Origin: Camelus dromedarius
Taxonomy: Eukaryota
Assembly (NCBI RefSeq): GCF_036321535.1
Contig: NC_087437.1
Coordinates: 63,180,001 to 63,244,000 of the forward strand
Length of the DNA stretch: 64,000 nucleotides
Reading direction: 5' to 3'
This document shows, one piece after another, positions 38,501 to 50,185 of this stretch (positions within the stretch are counted from its first letter, which is position 1; every line of letters begins with the position of its first letter). The translations under genes were made by a program, and so were the position numbers. The notes below the pieces were generated by a model. The model saw only the letters and a program-made list of their open reading frames with translations. It did not search any database and had not been told where the DNA came from.

Positions 38501-39272
38501 CCATCTGCTTCTGTCCCTGCTCGTCTCTCTTACTTCACTGAACTATTTTGGTTGAATTCTAGAGTGTAACCCATTTCCCCACACACCGTCAGAGTCCGGG
38601 AGGGAGGAGGACCCTGGGTCCAAAACTAGGAGGGTCTCCTGGAAGGTAAAGGGGGGCCCAGGAGAGGGCCCCAGACGGAGGGCTGGGAGCTGCCAACCAA
38701 GAGGCTGAAAATCAGCCTCATCTCTCCACAGGCTCCAGAAAGCGTTCATCTGCACAATGGCTTTAAATGTCACCTCAAATATCAGGCCGGGCAGCAGGAG
38801 GGAAAGGCGGGACTAATTAGCCCGCCATGCCCTGGCTTTTGTGTCACTTTCATCCTTGTTCACCTCTGACCTCCACTGGCATCTTTAACTCTCCCTTGGC
38901 TGGGGGAGCCCCAGCCCACAAAGACGTCTCACAAGCCTTCACCACACTGTGCTCTAAACCAAATTGTTAAATGGGAGAAATGCAGTTCCTCCCCAGCCCC
39001 TCCCCTGAGCATTCATTTGTTCCCCACCAGTTGCTAGAGCCCCAACATTGCCCTGAATCTCCAACAACAGTATGTGCCCCAACACCCCTGCCCCATGCCC
39101 CAAAAGCCAGATCCTTCCCCTCTAGCTCTGCCTTGTCAAAGCTCACCCATGGGCCCATGAAAAGTATGCTAATTTCATCCACTCTAAGGTTTTCATGATG
39201 AGAGCTTAATATTTAGACCCTTGGGGAATACTACATTTTGGCAAAAGATATGGCCTTCAGAGTCAAAGGAAG

Positions 39273-39650
39273 GAAAACAGAACAGAAACAAAGCCAAGCT
39301 CATGGATACAGAGAGCAAACTGGTGGTTGCTGGAGGTGGGCAGCAGGGAGTAGGTAAAGTGGGTCAAAAGGTACAAACTTCCAGTTATACAATAGGTAAG
39401 TCCTGGGAATGTAACATACAGCATGGTGACTATAGTTAATAATACTGTATTGCATATTTGAAAGTTGCTAAGAGAACAGATCTTAAAAGTTCTCATCTAA
39501 GAAAAAAAGCAATCTCTAACTGTAGATGGTGACAGATGTTAATTAGACTTATCGCTGTGATCATTTCACAATACAGCCAAATCATTATGTTGTACACCTG
39601 AAACTGATACAATGTTGTATGTCAACTATACATCAATTTTTTAAAAAGAG
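39273..39650 (+). mobile_element. L1 (L1MA/MB-type) 3'UTR fragment
   Basis: Typical L1 3' end: ...GTACAAACTTCCAGTTATA...ACAGCATGGTGACTATAGTTAATAATACTGTATTGCATATTTGAAAGTTGCTAAGAGA...TGTACACCTGAAACT, ending in an A-rich tail. Confidence 0.88.
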
Positions 39651-40687
39651 AAATGGAATACCACCACCAGGAATGCTAAGTTAACATATACATATGTATA
39701 TGTTCTTAAGTCAAAGAGCTTAACTTGTACAAATTATGATCTGGAATGACAATTTATTCAATCACAAAAAAGGGGAGCAGAAGTCTAGGCCTTAGGTAAG
39801 CAGTGGTGGGGGTACGTGGGGGGCAAGAAGGAGGGTCCACGACTCTCTTCCTGTAAGTTTCATAGGCGTCCGCCTGTCCAGCATCCTGTTGAAGGCAACT
39901 CAAGGGACTCTGCCTCCCTCACTTGCTCTCCTGACCTCCCATTTCTTAACCAGCACACGACCACCAGGTTGGTTGCCCTCTCCAAAGCACCTAAACTGTA
40001 AAGCAGTCCTTTTTGAAGGAAAAAAAAAAAAAAACCCGAATAAATTGTGGAAGAGGACACCTCAGAACCTGACCCAACAGGCCTAGCCATCCAGAGAGCC
40101 CGGTATTGCCTCCTCTGCTTCCCTCACGGCCAGTAAGAGGACCCTCTTTCCTCCACGAACAGCAGTTTCTTCACCTGTCAAAGGAGGCAGTGTGACTCGG
40201 TGACCTAAAGGCCCCTCACGTCGGCGAGCCGTTCACCCCTTGTGGTTTGGTTCCCCTTCACGGTTCCTCCCATCTCTCAATTCCCACAGTTCACTGAGTT
40301 AGAATCAGAAAACTTAGGTTGTCAGTCACCACAGCTGAAACCTCGTGCCTCCCTCAGCCCATGGGGAGCCCTGCTGTGGAGAATTCTCTCCCTTCTCTCT
40401 TCATCCCACGTCTTCTTTTCTAAATAGACCCCCTTCGGCATATCTGCCCAGGAAAATTAGGCACCAGGCTACAGTGACTGGGATTGATAATAATAAGTGT
40501 GAAGTTCAACAGGATCCAAAAGAGCCCATCAAAGAAATACTAAATTTTGGCTAGCATATATCTAGAACTAAAATTTTTTTCTGTATTCTGTCGGAGGGGG
40601 GTGGTGTGTGGGAAACATATAATTTGTGTGTGTTCCATTATTACATAAGAATATTTGACTAACCTGAATGCCCTGACACCCACCCTC

Positions 40688-40688
<1 letters not shown>

Positions 40689-40718
<30 letters not shown>
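40689..40718. repeat. (AC)15 microsatellite
   Basis: Direct read. Confidence 0.97.
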
Positions 40719-40720
<2 letters not shown>

Positions 40721-41647
40721 CAGAGTAGCTGCACACTAGCCAACTTCAATTCTCTCTTCCTTGACTCTTATTTTTAAAAAGAAAAGAATCAGTTGCCATG
40801 ATTACTTTACTTTTTAGCAAATGAATTCTGCTTATGGTTCTTGAAAATAACAGATTCCCATAAATCCTACAGCTAATCTCTTTATGATCTGTTTATACTG
40901 TTAATCTGAAGCCTTCTAGGTTTTGGGAAAGGGCCTGAGCTGAATCAGACCAACTGGGTTCAAATCCCAAATCTTTTTTTGACTCACTGAGTAACTTGAA
41001 GTAAATCACTTAACTTCCCTAAATCTCCATTTCTGATGAAGATAAGGTTGATCTTACAAAATCTGAACAGCCTGCATGAGGAAAAAACAAAATACTATAT
41101 ATAAAATACTAAGCATTGTACCGAACACAGTAGGTGCTTCATAAAGTTAGCGCCTTCTCATACAGTAGAAAACAAGCTCGTGCCAGGTTGAGATTCTCAA
41201 TTCATGGGACCTAAGTGGACAGATAAGCCAGTTAAAAACAATGTCAGCTTTGCCAGTGAGCACAACTGTAAGCCAAGCAGCTTTTGTCAAGTCCTGAGTT
41301 AGGGACAAGTCACAACTCCAAATCCCCCAGCTCTCTACCTGCCCTGCAGGAAGGGGCAGACTCGTGTATATCTCACTTGCCCAGCTGCCCCAGGCATCTA
41401 GCTTCCTCCCTCTGCCTTAACACAGGTTGCAAAGTTCAAAAAGAGATTCAATTACAAAAAGTCCTTTGACTACACCCTCATGAACCATGTGGATGGCCCT
41501 GGGTACTGACAAGATGGAAAACTTTAAGGAGTTCACTGATGGAGTTTCCATGTAGTAAACACCAATGATTTGGCTTCCCTAAAAGTCTATCACCCACTCC
41601 CAGCCTCACAGTGTGCACATAGGAAATCCTAGTTAGACATCCATGTT

Positions 41648-41659
41648 AAAAAAAAAAAA

Positions 41660-41698
<39 letters not shown>
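41648..41698. repeat. Compound A13(TA)9(CA)10 microsatellite
   Basis: Direct read. Confidence 0.95.
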
Positions 41699-41699
<1 letters not shown>

Positions 41700-41994
41700 A
41701 CACACATATATATCTACATATATAAAACTTCATGAAGAAAAACTTTTATAGTCTTAGGGTGGAAAAGTTTTCCTAAGCAAGACACAATGCTCAACATACT
41801 GGCTCATATATGCATTTTTTTAATCTCTGGGGGGGATATATCAATCACCTGAGAAGAGGGGAGGGACAATAGCAGTGCAAGGAATACTTTTCATGTGGTA
41901 TCTTTTTACACCTTTCAAATTTTTACCCTTGAATTATATCAACTAACTTTTTAAAAGACATTTTAAGATGATGGGGTCATGAATAAATAAAACT

Positions 41995-42288
41995 ATTCTT
42001 GGAGTCTAGCTGCTATGCAGGGAGAAGCCCAAGCCACATGGAAAGACCACATGAAGGAGAACCAAGGACCCAGGCTGAGAAGCACAGCTAGTCCAGCCCC
42101 ACCCACACCCACTGCCATCCACGTGAGTGAGTCCACTTTGGAGCTTCCAGCCGTCCCAGCAACCCGGCAGACACCACGTGAAACAGAACCGTGTGCTCGA
42201 CCCTTGCAATCACAAGAAACGGTAAACTGTTGTTCTAAGCCACAAAGACTGGGAATGGTTTACCACAGTGTAACTGATAAATGAAACA
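41995..42288 (+). mobile_element. MLT1 (F/G/H-like) LTR 3' portion
   Basis: GAAGCCCAAGCCACATGGAAAGACCACATG...TTGTTCTAAGCCACAAAGACTGGGAATGGTTTACCACAG...GATAAATGAAACA. Confidence 0.75.
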
Positions 42289-42628
42289 GGGAGTCATTGA
42301 GTACAGAGTTAAAGCCACAAGATTGGATGAGTGCACAAGAAAGTATTGAAAAGGACTGTACCTTATTTCACCTAGAAGACAAAAGTGTGGCCAGTCTCAG
42401 AACCATATCTATTTATCTACCTATCTACCTATCTTGGGATTTGAATTCTGAAGACAAGGTTGTTACACGGGTATCTAATTAACATGCATGCTTAAATTTT
42501 AAAAAGAAGTCAGACTTTCTCTGATAGTAAGTAAGTATGTCTGATTTGGTTGCCTGCTTTGACAGTGAGAGCTGCCTTTTTCAATTCATTAAATTTGAAA
42601 CTCCAAGATTTTAAAGAAAATGTATTTA

Positions 42629-42746
42629 GGGGGGTGGGTACAGCTCAGTGGTAGAATCCATGCCTAGCATGCACAAGGTCCTGGGTTCAATACCCAGCAC
42701 CTCCATTAAAAAATAAATAAAACTAATTACCTCCCCAACCAAAAAT
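42629..42746 (+). mobile_element. tRNA-derived SINE (camelid type)
   Basis: GGGGGGTGGGTACAGCTCAGTGGTAGAATCCATGCCTAGCATGCACAAGGTCCTGGGTTCAATACCCAGCACCTCC plus A-rich tail. Same family as 18794-18934. Degenerate TSD at 42613-42628 and 42747-42762. Confidence 0.92.
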
Positions 42747-42889
42747 AAAAAGAATATATTTAAAGTCTGTATATAATATACAACACGCTCGAAAATATTT
42801 TATTTGCAATCACTTAAACTTATGGTAAGACAAATGTTCAATGTCAACTTAAATGTTGTGACAGGCGTAAATAGTTTTCAATATCCTTT

Positions 42890-44190
42890 TAGGGCATACA
42901 TAAGCAAGGCAGTCTGAAGCCCGCTGAACTGTGTATGGTAGGCTCACACAATGGAATACTTTGCAGCTGTTAAAAATGATAAGGCTTTCTGCAAATTGAT
43001 ATGAAAAGACTGTCCAGACATACTGTTGGGTTAAAAATGCAAGGCATAGAACAATAAAGTTAGCATTCACTTGCTTTTGATAAGAAAGTGGTAAAATAAG
43101 TGTGGATTCAGATTTGCCTCTATTTTCAAAAAGAACACATTGGAAGAATTCACAAAAAATAACACTGATAGTTATCTATAGGGGAGGGGGTTGAGTAGAC
43201 AGGCATAAAGTCATATAAGGACCTTTTTATATTGTATTAATTTTTTAACAATTGTGGATTTTTTTAAGTCCTCAGGGGAAAAAAGAATATATAAAATTAC
43301 AAAAACAAGAAAAATGTTAAAAGATAATCTAGGAGACAAATATTTACTACACTGCATCGAAACATCACATAAAGAATTAATACCTCTAATTTACAAAGAG
43401 CTCCTAAAAACACTAAGAAAAAGCTAAACAACCCAGTATAAAAGTGAGTCAAGAATATGAACAGGTAATTCACAAAAGAAACACAAAAGACTGAGAAAAG
43501 GTAAAAAGATGCTAACTTTCACTAATCAGGGAAATGCAAATTAAAGCATAACAGCATGCTATATTTTACCTATCATATTGGAAAATAAATATATATAATC
43601 TGGCAGGAGAGTATATTGAGATAACATTTTTAGAGACTGATTTGGCAGTACCTAGCAACATTTCTGAAATGCATAGCCTTTAATCCAGCAATTCTACTTA
43701 TAAAACTCTCACCTGCCACACTTACACAAATGTTTCAGTGTATTCTGCAACAGAAAAAAAAAGCTGGAGATAACCTAAAAATCCAATGACAAAAGACTAG
43801 TTAAATAAATTGTGATACAAATATGGTACAATCTATATTATACTTTGAAACCATTAAAAAGGACAAGCAATTTTATACACAGTGACATAAAATGATGTCC
43901 ATGATACATTACTGGGTGGGAGAATACAATCTGCAAGATAATTCGAAATAATTTGTAGTATTCCATTTTGGCAGGGAGAGGAGATATGGAATATAAATAC
44001 ACACATAGACACTATGAGTATATATTTCAATATGCATAGAAAAGGAATTCTGGTAAGATATACACCAAACTGTTAACAGTGGTTATCCCTAGGGAATCGG
44101 GGTAGGTAGTTAGATAACTGTATTTTATACAATTTTCTGTCGTTACACTTTTTTACCATAAGCATTCGTTACTTTGGTAATTTTCAAAGC
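42890..44190 (+). mobile_element. Old L1ME ORF2-end / 3'UTR fragments
   Basis: CACAATGGAATACTTTGCAGCTGTTAAAAA; CACTAATCAGGGAAATGCAAATTAAAGC; GATATACACCAAACTGTTAACAGTGGTTATC. Confidence 0.8.
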
Positions 44191-46219
44191 ATTTATGCAG
44201 CCTGACTAAAGTAGCAGCTCAGATCTTTTCTGGAAAACAGGTACTCCTTCGGGGCTAGGAAAGCAAGTTCCTTGTCCACTTCCCACTCACAGGATCTGGA
44301 ATGTGAGTCTCCAGAGAACCCACAGGTCCTCATAACCAACTCCCTAGACTCGTGCGCCTGTCCACTGGCTGGCAGAGGCAGTTCATCCCCCACTTGGCTC
44401 CACACCTTGCTTACCATGAGGACTAGGTGGGCGCTTCGTGAACTCAACAAGCACTCAGTACCACCCAATTCTTCTCAGACCATTCGCTTGTCATCCACTT
44501 AGACAGCTTGTGTGGCTTTGGTCAGAAAAGGCAACTATGTTTCATCTCAAGTTCCAGCTCTAACCAGGAGCAGTGATTGTCCAGAGCTTTCTGCTAAATA
44601 AAACTACTATCTTTCCCTTTGTATTAATAAATATCTTTGAGACTTTGCTGGGGTGGGCGGGGGGGGGGGGCTGCAGGGCTCGGGGGCAGCCCTGAGGCCA
44701 CAGGCAGGAAGGATGCGGAAAGAGCAGCACTGTCAATTAGTGACGGCTGCCAAGATGAGGCTGGAAAAGCTGTGACACACGGGCTGGCAGGTCTGCCATC
44801 CCTGCCCTCGAACGGTGGGCTCTGACTCGAACACTGATACTTTCAAATCTGCAGTCTCTACTGAAAGTTTGGTTATTTTAGTAGCTAAGGACTGAAGAGG
44901 GTGGGAGGGGGCTGAGGAGAAGAGAGGTGACAGCTGATTGTGGCTGTGTCATAAGTGCTGTGTCCATCAGAAGACAAAGTGAAGACATGGAGAGTCCAAG
45001 GAAGGGAAGGAGCCACTCACCAGTAGAGATGTGGCCCCAAAGAGCTGCAGATGGAAAGCTTTGAACATCTGGGTACAGTGCTGCCTGAGGCAAGCCCTGT
45101 GCCTGGGTTCCATCTGTCAGGTCTTCCCAAGTTCCTGAACCTGGGGCCTCAAGTTTGTGCCCACATAAGAACACACTTTTCACAATTTTAAACCATTTAA
45201 GTGCTCTGTTAATTGGGAATTCACTCATCTTCCCTATCCCCATAACAAAAACCAGGGGTTTAAAAAAAAAAAAACCCAAAGCCAAAAAAAATCTTAGAAC
45301 TTCACGTGTTGTAACTAAAAACACTCAATAAACAAAGCCAGTCCATGGGCTCCCTTGGGGAGTAATTGTCTAAGAATGCTTCTTTTCTTTCAGCGGGTGA
45401 GAGAGAGACAGACAGACATGCTAAGGCTGCGTGGAACTCATCTTGAAAGCATTAATTTTTCCAAACACCAATGTGCAGTTCCTGCGCTCTTCCTGAGCGA
45501 GTGGCAGCAGGCTGTGAGGGGGCTGCAAGGACACCCCTCGGGCAGGATCTGCCTGCAGGGGTTCAGAGGGAGGGTCGTGCCTTGCCATGAGGAGGGAATG
45601 TGCAAGGCCTGTGAGGACACTGACGCCTCGCAGTGGATCACTCATTTCCAAAGCAGAAGAGAGAAAGCAGAACTAAGACCCCCGCCCCTTTCAGGCCCAC
45701 TCTCCAGAGACTGAGGGGCAATCAACCAAAATATTCTCCCTCCTCACCCGTCCCTCACCACCCATAGTCCTGACAATCACATCCAGGGGCCTAGCACCAG
45801 GAGACGGTGTCCAGTTTGGGGGGCAGATGTCTTTAAACCATTTCTCCTTCTCTTCCCTGTTTAGAGACTGAAGTGGAGATGCAATCTGGTCACCTATGGT
45901 TTAACTGTTCTTTGTTGTCCCAAGTCCGTTCTCTCTAGGAGCTGGAGACACTCTCCTCTGCAGTCTGTTCACAGACAACAAGACACAACAAACCATCTAC
46001 AGCAGCAAGGGAAGGTGTCATCAACTGCCTGATGAAGGCGGACGTGACAATCAGGATATACCAGAAGCCCTGGCAGTCTTTAGTACGTATCCACCAAGCG
46101 GGCTGCTACCACCAGGGCCTATCCATGTCCAGCAGGATGCCAGGATTCCCCCTGGAAATCAGCCCCACCCCCAAATAGGTTCAAGTGCTGTGTCACCACC
46201 ATGACTTCCTATGCCCCTC

Positions 46220-46390
46220 CTACCACTGACTGGCTGTGTGAGCTCACTCAAGCTACTTAACCTCCTGTGCCTTTGTTTCCTTACCTGCAGAATCAGGATG
46301 ATAATAATAGTATTTAAATAAGTTAGCAAACAAAAAGGGCTTAAAATAGTACCTGGCACACAGTGAGTACTATATATGTGTTTATGATCA
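46220..46390 (+). mobile_element. MIR (others at ~40930-41150, 51730-51890, 52570-52677, 55945-56150, 57905-58100, 58430-58580, 60340-60550)
   Basis: GGCTGTGTGAGCTCACTCAAGCTACTTAACCTCCTGTGCCTTTGTTTCCTTACCTGCAGAAT...CCTGGCACACAGTGAGTAC. Confidence 0.75.
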
Positions 46391-46654
46391 TCATTAACTG
46401 TCTGGCCCTCACTCTCCATGCTCTCTAGCTCTTCCTTTTTGGTCCATCACATATGCTCTTCCCATGCTTTGGAACATTGTCATTAAGCTATCTGTGCTGA
46501 GTCTGTCAGTCTCTAGAAGGAGTTCCCCGCCCCACCCAGCTGGGCTGGGCATCCCTGCATATGTACCCATCATATCCTGTTCTTCCTCAGTATCACATGA
46601 TATCCATTATATATCAAATTATACTCCAGTCGTCTATATGGCTGTCTCCTCAAC

Positions 46655-46880
46655 AGGATCCCATTCATTGCTATATCCCTAGTGCCTGGCAGAGAAGGCA
46701 CTCGATAAACATGTATTCAGTGAATGATGAATGAATGAATGAGGAATAGGTGAAGGCAGCTTTCATTTATTCAACAAGCACTTATTAGGTGCTGACTCTG
46801 TGTCATATCCTGGACTAAGCCTGGAAATACATGAAGGACCAGAACACCCAGGAGTCTCCCCCAAGAACGCACAGTCTGAA
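46655..46880. mobile_element. Two tail-to-tail L2 3' ends
   Basis: CCCTAGTGCCTGGCAGAGAAGGCACTCGATAAACATGTATTCAG(TGAA)n, then the reverse-orientation TTCATTTATTCAACAAGCACTTATTAGGTGC. Confidence 0.7.
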
Positions 46881-48499
46881 GAGTGTAATTTCTGCCTTCT
46901 AGCAGTAACTCAAGAAAAAAAGAGGGGATGGGTGTAGCCTTGCCCAAGGCAAGAGATCACCAGGTCCCAGAGGAAAGGAGTGGTTCTTAGAGGGAAATAC
47001 AGATTTGCCTCAAGTAGGGGTCTATTTAACTTGAACTAGCAACAGAAGACTTGAACCTAAGATTCTGTTCATTATCTCTGTATTCAAAGTATAAATGTGG
47101 CTTTGCATGACCTACGAAAAACAAAAGGTGGATTCTTCTTTATAAGGGTAGTTTATTTACCCAAGTACTATCAATCTAACTCCTGCCAGAAAAACACTGG
47201 TCAGTTCACTGTATCCATGCCGTCTGCACACAATCTTCATCACACTGTAAACTTCTACGGACAAAGACCATAGTTGGTGCATTTTTGTATCCCACCCCAC
47301 ATCTGCCTACCATTGGCACCGAGTGCCTAGCATAGTGCTTCATCCCAGGGTAAAGACACATTGCAGGATGCAAACTGGGAACAGTTAGCTCATCTTGTAT
47401 CATTTCTTCCCTTCCGCATTTCTCGCTATGTTTTTTATGTTTGTTTTGTTTATTTGCTTAAGGGAAAAGAAAAAAGAAACATCAGGAGTTAAAGGCGTAT
47501 TTGTTGTTCCTTCTATTTTTCTCTTCTGAAGCAGAAATGACACCAGCACCATCCCAATCTGCAAATAAAGCTGGCTGTGGGATTTTGGAGATCTACTTAG
47601 CTGTAACTTTGCCAGGAGCCTTTGATAGCTCAGGCTCACTGAAGGAAAAAAAGGAAACAGAATTTCTACTTATAGTAAGAAAAAGCCAACGCAACTTTTC
47701 CCTTGGAGATTACATCACAGATACTTGAGATTATGTTTTCCATCCTGGATGCCCTAAAAATGAGGCAACGGAGGTCTTTTCCTCAATGAAAAGTCCAAGC
47801 CTGGCCACCTCCAGAAAGGCAACAGAGCTCCCAAATCCCAGCCTGGGGAGCAGGGGGACTCTGGAGGACCACCACCATATGCATTTGCAGTGATGTGACT
47901 GCACATCTATCCTAGAGGAGGAGGATTTTCAGAGTCCCATCCACTCCAGGACTCTGGTCCCACCATCGCTTTCATTTTGAGGGTCATCTGTGGCAAATCG
48001 TATTATGAATTTCAAAGCCAGATAAAAGTGAGTTGGAAATTATCTGCCCTATCATCTCTACCCTTCTTCCAGATAAGGCAAAGTAAACTAATAAAAGCTG
48101 TGACTTGGAAAATGTCCTCTCATCACGAGAACTAGAGGGACAAAACATATGTCCATGGCTGTGGGTCAATGCGCATGTTCATGTGAATATATCTCTGTAT
48201 ATGCTAAAGTAGCTTGAGTAACAGTGGAACTATAACCCTAGGCACTGAGCTTATCATTAAGGCTGCTGTGTCTCCGCCACCAGACAGAGTCTTGCTGGGA
48301 GACCAACTGGTTTGGGAACATGTAGGTAAGAAGAGTAATGTGAGAACAGTTTATTTTTTCCTAATGTCTTGGAGATGGAATGCATTCTTCCATGGGGATA
48401 CATAAAAACATTGCTCATTAAAGTGTTACCAGATCTACTTCAAACGACACTCATCCTGGGCAATGTATGTCATCTTCATTTCCCTCCGTGACAGGCCCA

Positions 48500-50095
48500 C
48501 AAGGGTGGGTGAGCAGGAGAACACCACACAGTGTGTCTGGATTTCTGCTATACCTTTGGCAAATGTCCTCCAAAATATCCTTGTAGATAAGATAGTTAAA
48601 AATGCACAGGATGAGAGTAGAGTTGGGTGGAATTATGGTAGATAAACTGCAGAACCCAAAGAGTGTTTATTAGGACAATACAGTGAGCTATAGGTGGAAT
48701 ACTGGCCAATGGTGGTAGCCACAAAGCTCTTCCCTTGTCTGTTGTGTTTGACTTTTTTAAAAAACTAGTTGCTAAGATGACAAGATGAAAGATATGCTTA
48801 TAGTGTGGATAGATAATACAAAACTGGTATAGCGGGCTTAATATTATAAGAGATGACCAAAATCAGTATGTAAATTTAATCTCAGCAGATTTGAACACTC
48901 GGTCAAAATTAACAGAGGCAAACTTTATGCCTGAGATCTACATTTTAAAATAAAAAATGTACCTATCACTTACTTAGCAATTCCAGTCCTTTGTATCTAC
49001 CCGAGAGAAACACTTATATATGTGCATGCTTGTTTATGAATGTCCATTACAGCATTGTTTATAATGGTAAAAAAAAAAAAAAGTAAAAGAACAGAAATAA
49101 CAGAAGAATTGCTAAGACAGTTATGAAATATCTACAATGAGGAATACTATACAGAAGATTTTCAAGACATGTCACTGCATGAAAAAAAAAAGGTGCAAAA
49201 TGATATGAAAAGCCTGATAACCTGAGCCATATACACACACACAAAGAGAAATTTACACATTTCTAGAGATGTATATACAGACATACATATATGTAAATGG
49301 AGGAAAAGGTCTGGAGGGTCCCTAACATCTGCTAGCAGGATCTACCTCCAGGGAGAAACTAAGCTATGAAGTTAAAAAGGGTTTTGGCTTTATCTGTAAC
49401 ATCTGAAATTCAGAACGTATTGTGTTAAGCTATGTGATTCAGCTTTGGTTTTAAAGCCTTGCTTTTAGCTTTAAAAGAAAAAGTTCAAAAATATGGGAAC
49501 GGACACAAATTCTTGAGCTTTCTGTTACCACAAACCTAAGAGGTGTCAGCATTGTGGAAAGACTGCAAAAGCAAATTCTAGTGTCCAGGTAGCCTGCAAG
49601 TACCGGGGATCACTCAGCTGACCGTGTCTGCAGCACTGTGTTGGATCGAAGCCTGACAGCACAATTAGGCAGGGACAACGGCAAAGTAGAATGCAGCTAG
49701 AGAAAAGAAATGTCTATGGGGAGTCTGAAGAGCGTGACTTCAGAATACAGATTGAAGGAACCACAACTGTTTAACCTCAAAACAAGAGAAAATCCTTCAA
49801 ATATTTGAAGGCTTATAATGAAGATGACACAGTAAACTTATTTTGGGTTTTTTGAGAGGTAAAAGTAGGGCAAGTAAATGCAAGGAATTCTTCCTATTAA
49901 AATTTTTTTTAAAAAGAAGAAACATTCTGATAGAATGAATGACAACAGAACAGTCTATCAGGCAAGATCATGAGCTCCCTGTTATTGGAGGCATTCAAGT
50001 AAAATACTCTATTTTAAAAAGATATTGGATTTCATTAGAATCAAAACTATGTGATCTTTAAGATTTCCAACAACTCTAATATTTTATGATTCCAT
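48500..50095 (+). mobile_element. CR1/L3 LINE relic (RT region to 3' end), interrupted by an L1ME fragment at ~48950-49450
   Basis: Degenerate RT motif VCLDFCYTFGK near 48532-48564 (cf. VYLDFSKAFD). L3-type 3' end ATGAGCTCCCTGTTATTGGAGGCATTCAAG...TTTAAGATTTCCAACAACTCTAATATTTTATGATTC. Confidence 0.72.
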
Positions 50096-50166
50096 ATTTT
50101 GGCAGCAGAATCTATTTTCAATCACTGTGTAACCCCAACAACTTCAAATCCCACAGGTGGTGTACT

Positions 50167-50185
50167 CTGCCACCAGGTGGCAGTA
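50167..50185. promoter_or_regulatory. CTCF-binding motif (palindromic)
   Basis: CTGCCACCAGGTGGCAGTA matches the CTCF core CCACCAGGTGGCAG. Binding itself is not shown by sequence. Confidence 0.7.

Noticed and set aside
42629..42706. tRNA gene (also 18863-18934)
   Set aside because: tRNA-like head followed by a family-specific body, A-rich tail and TSD; these are SINEs.
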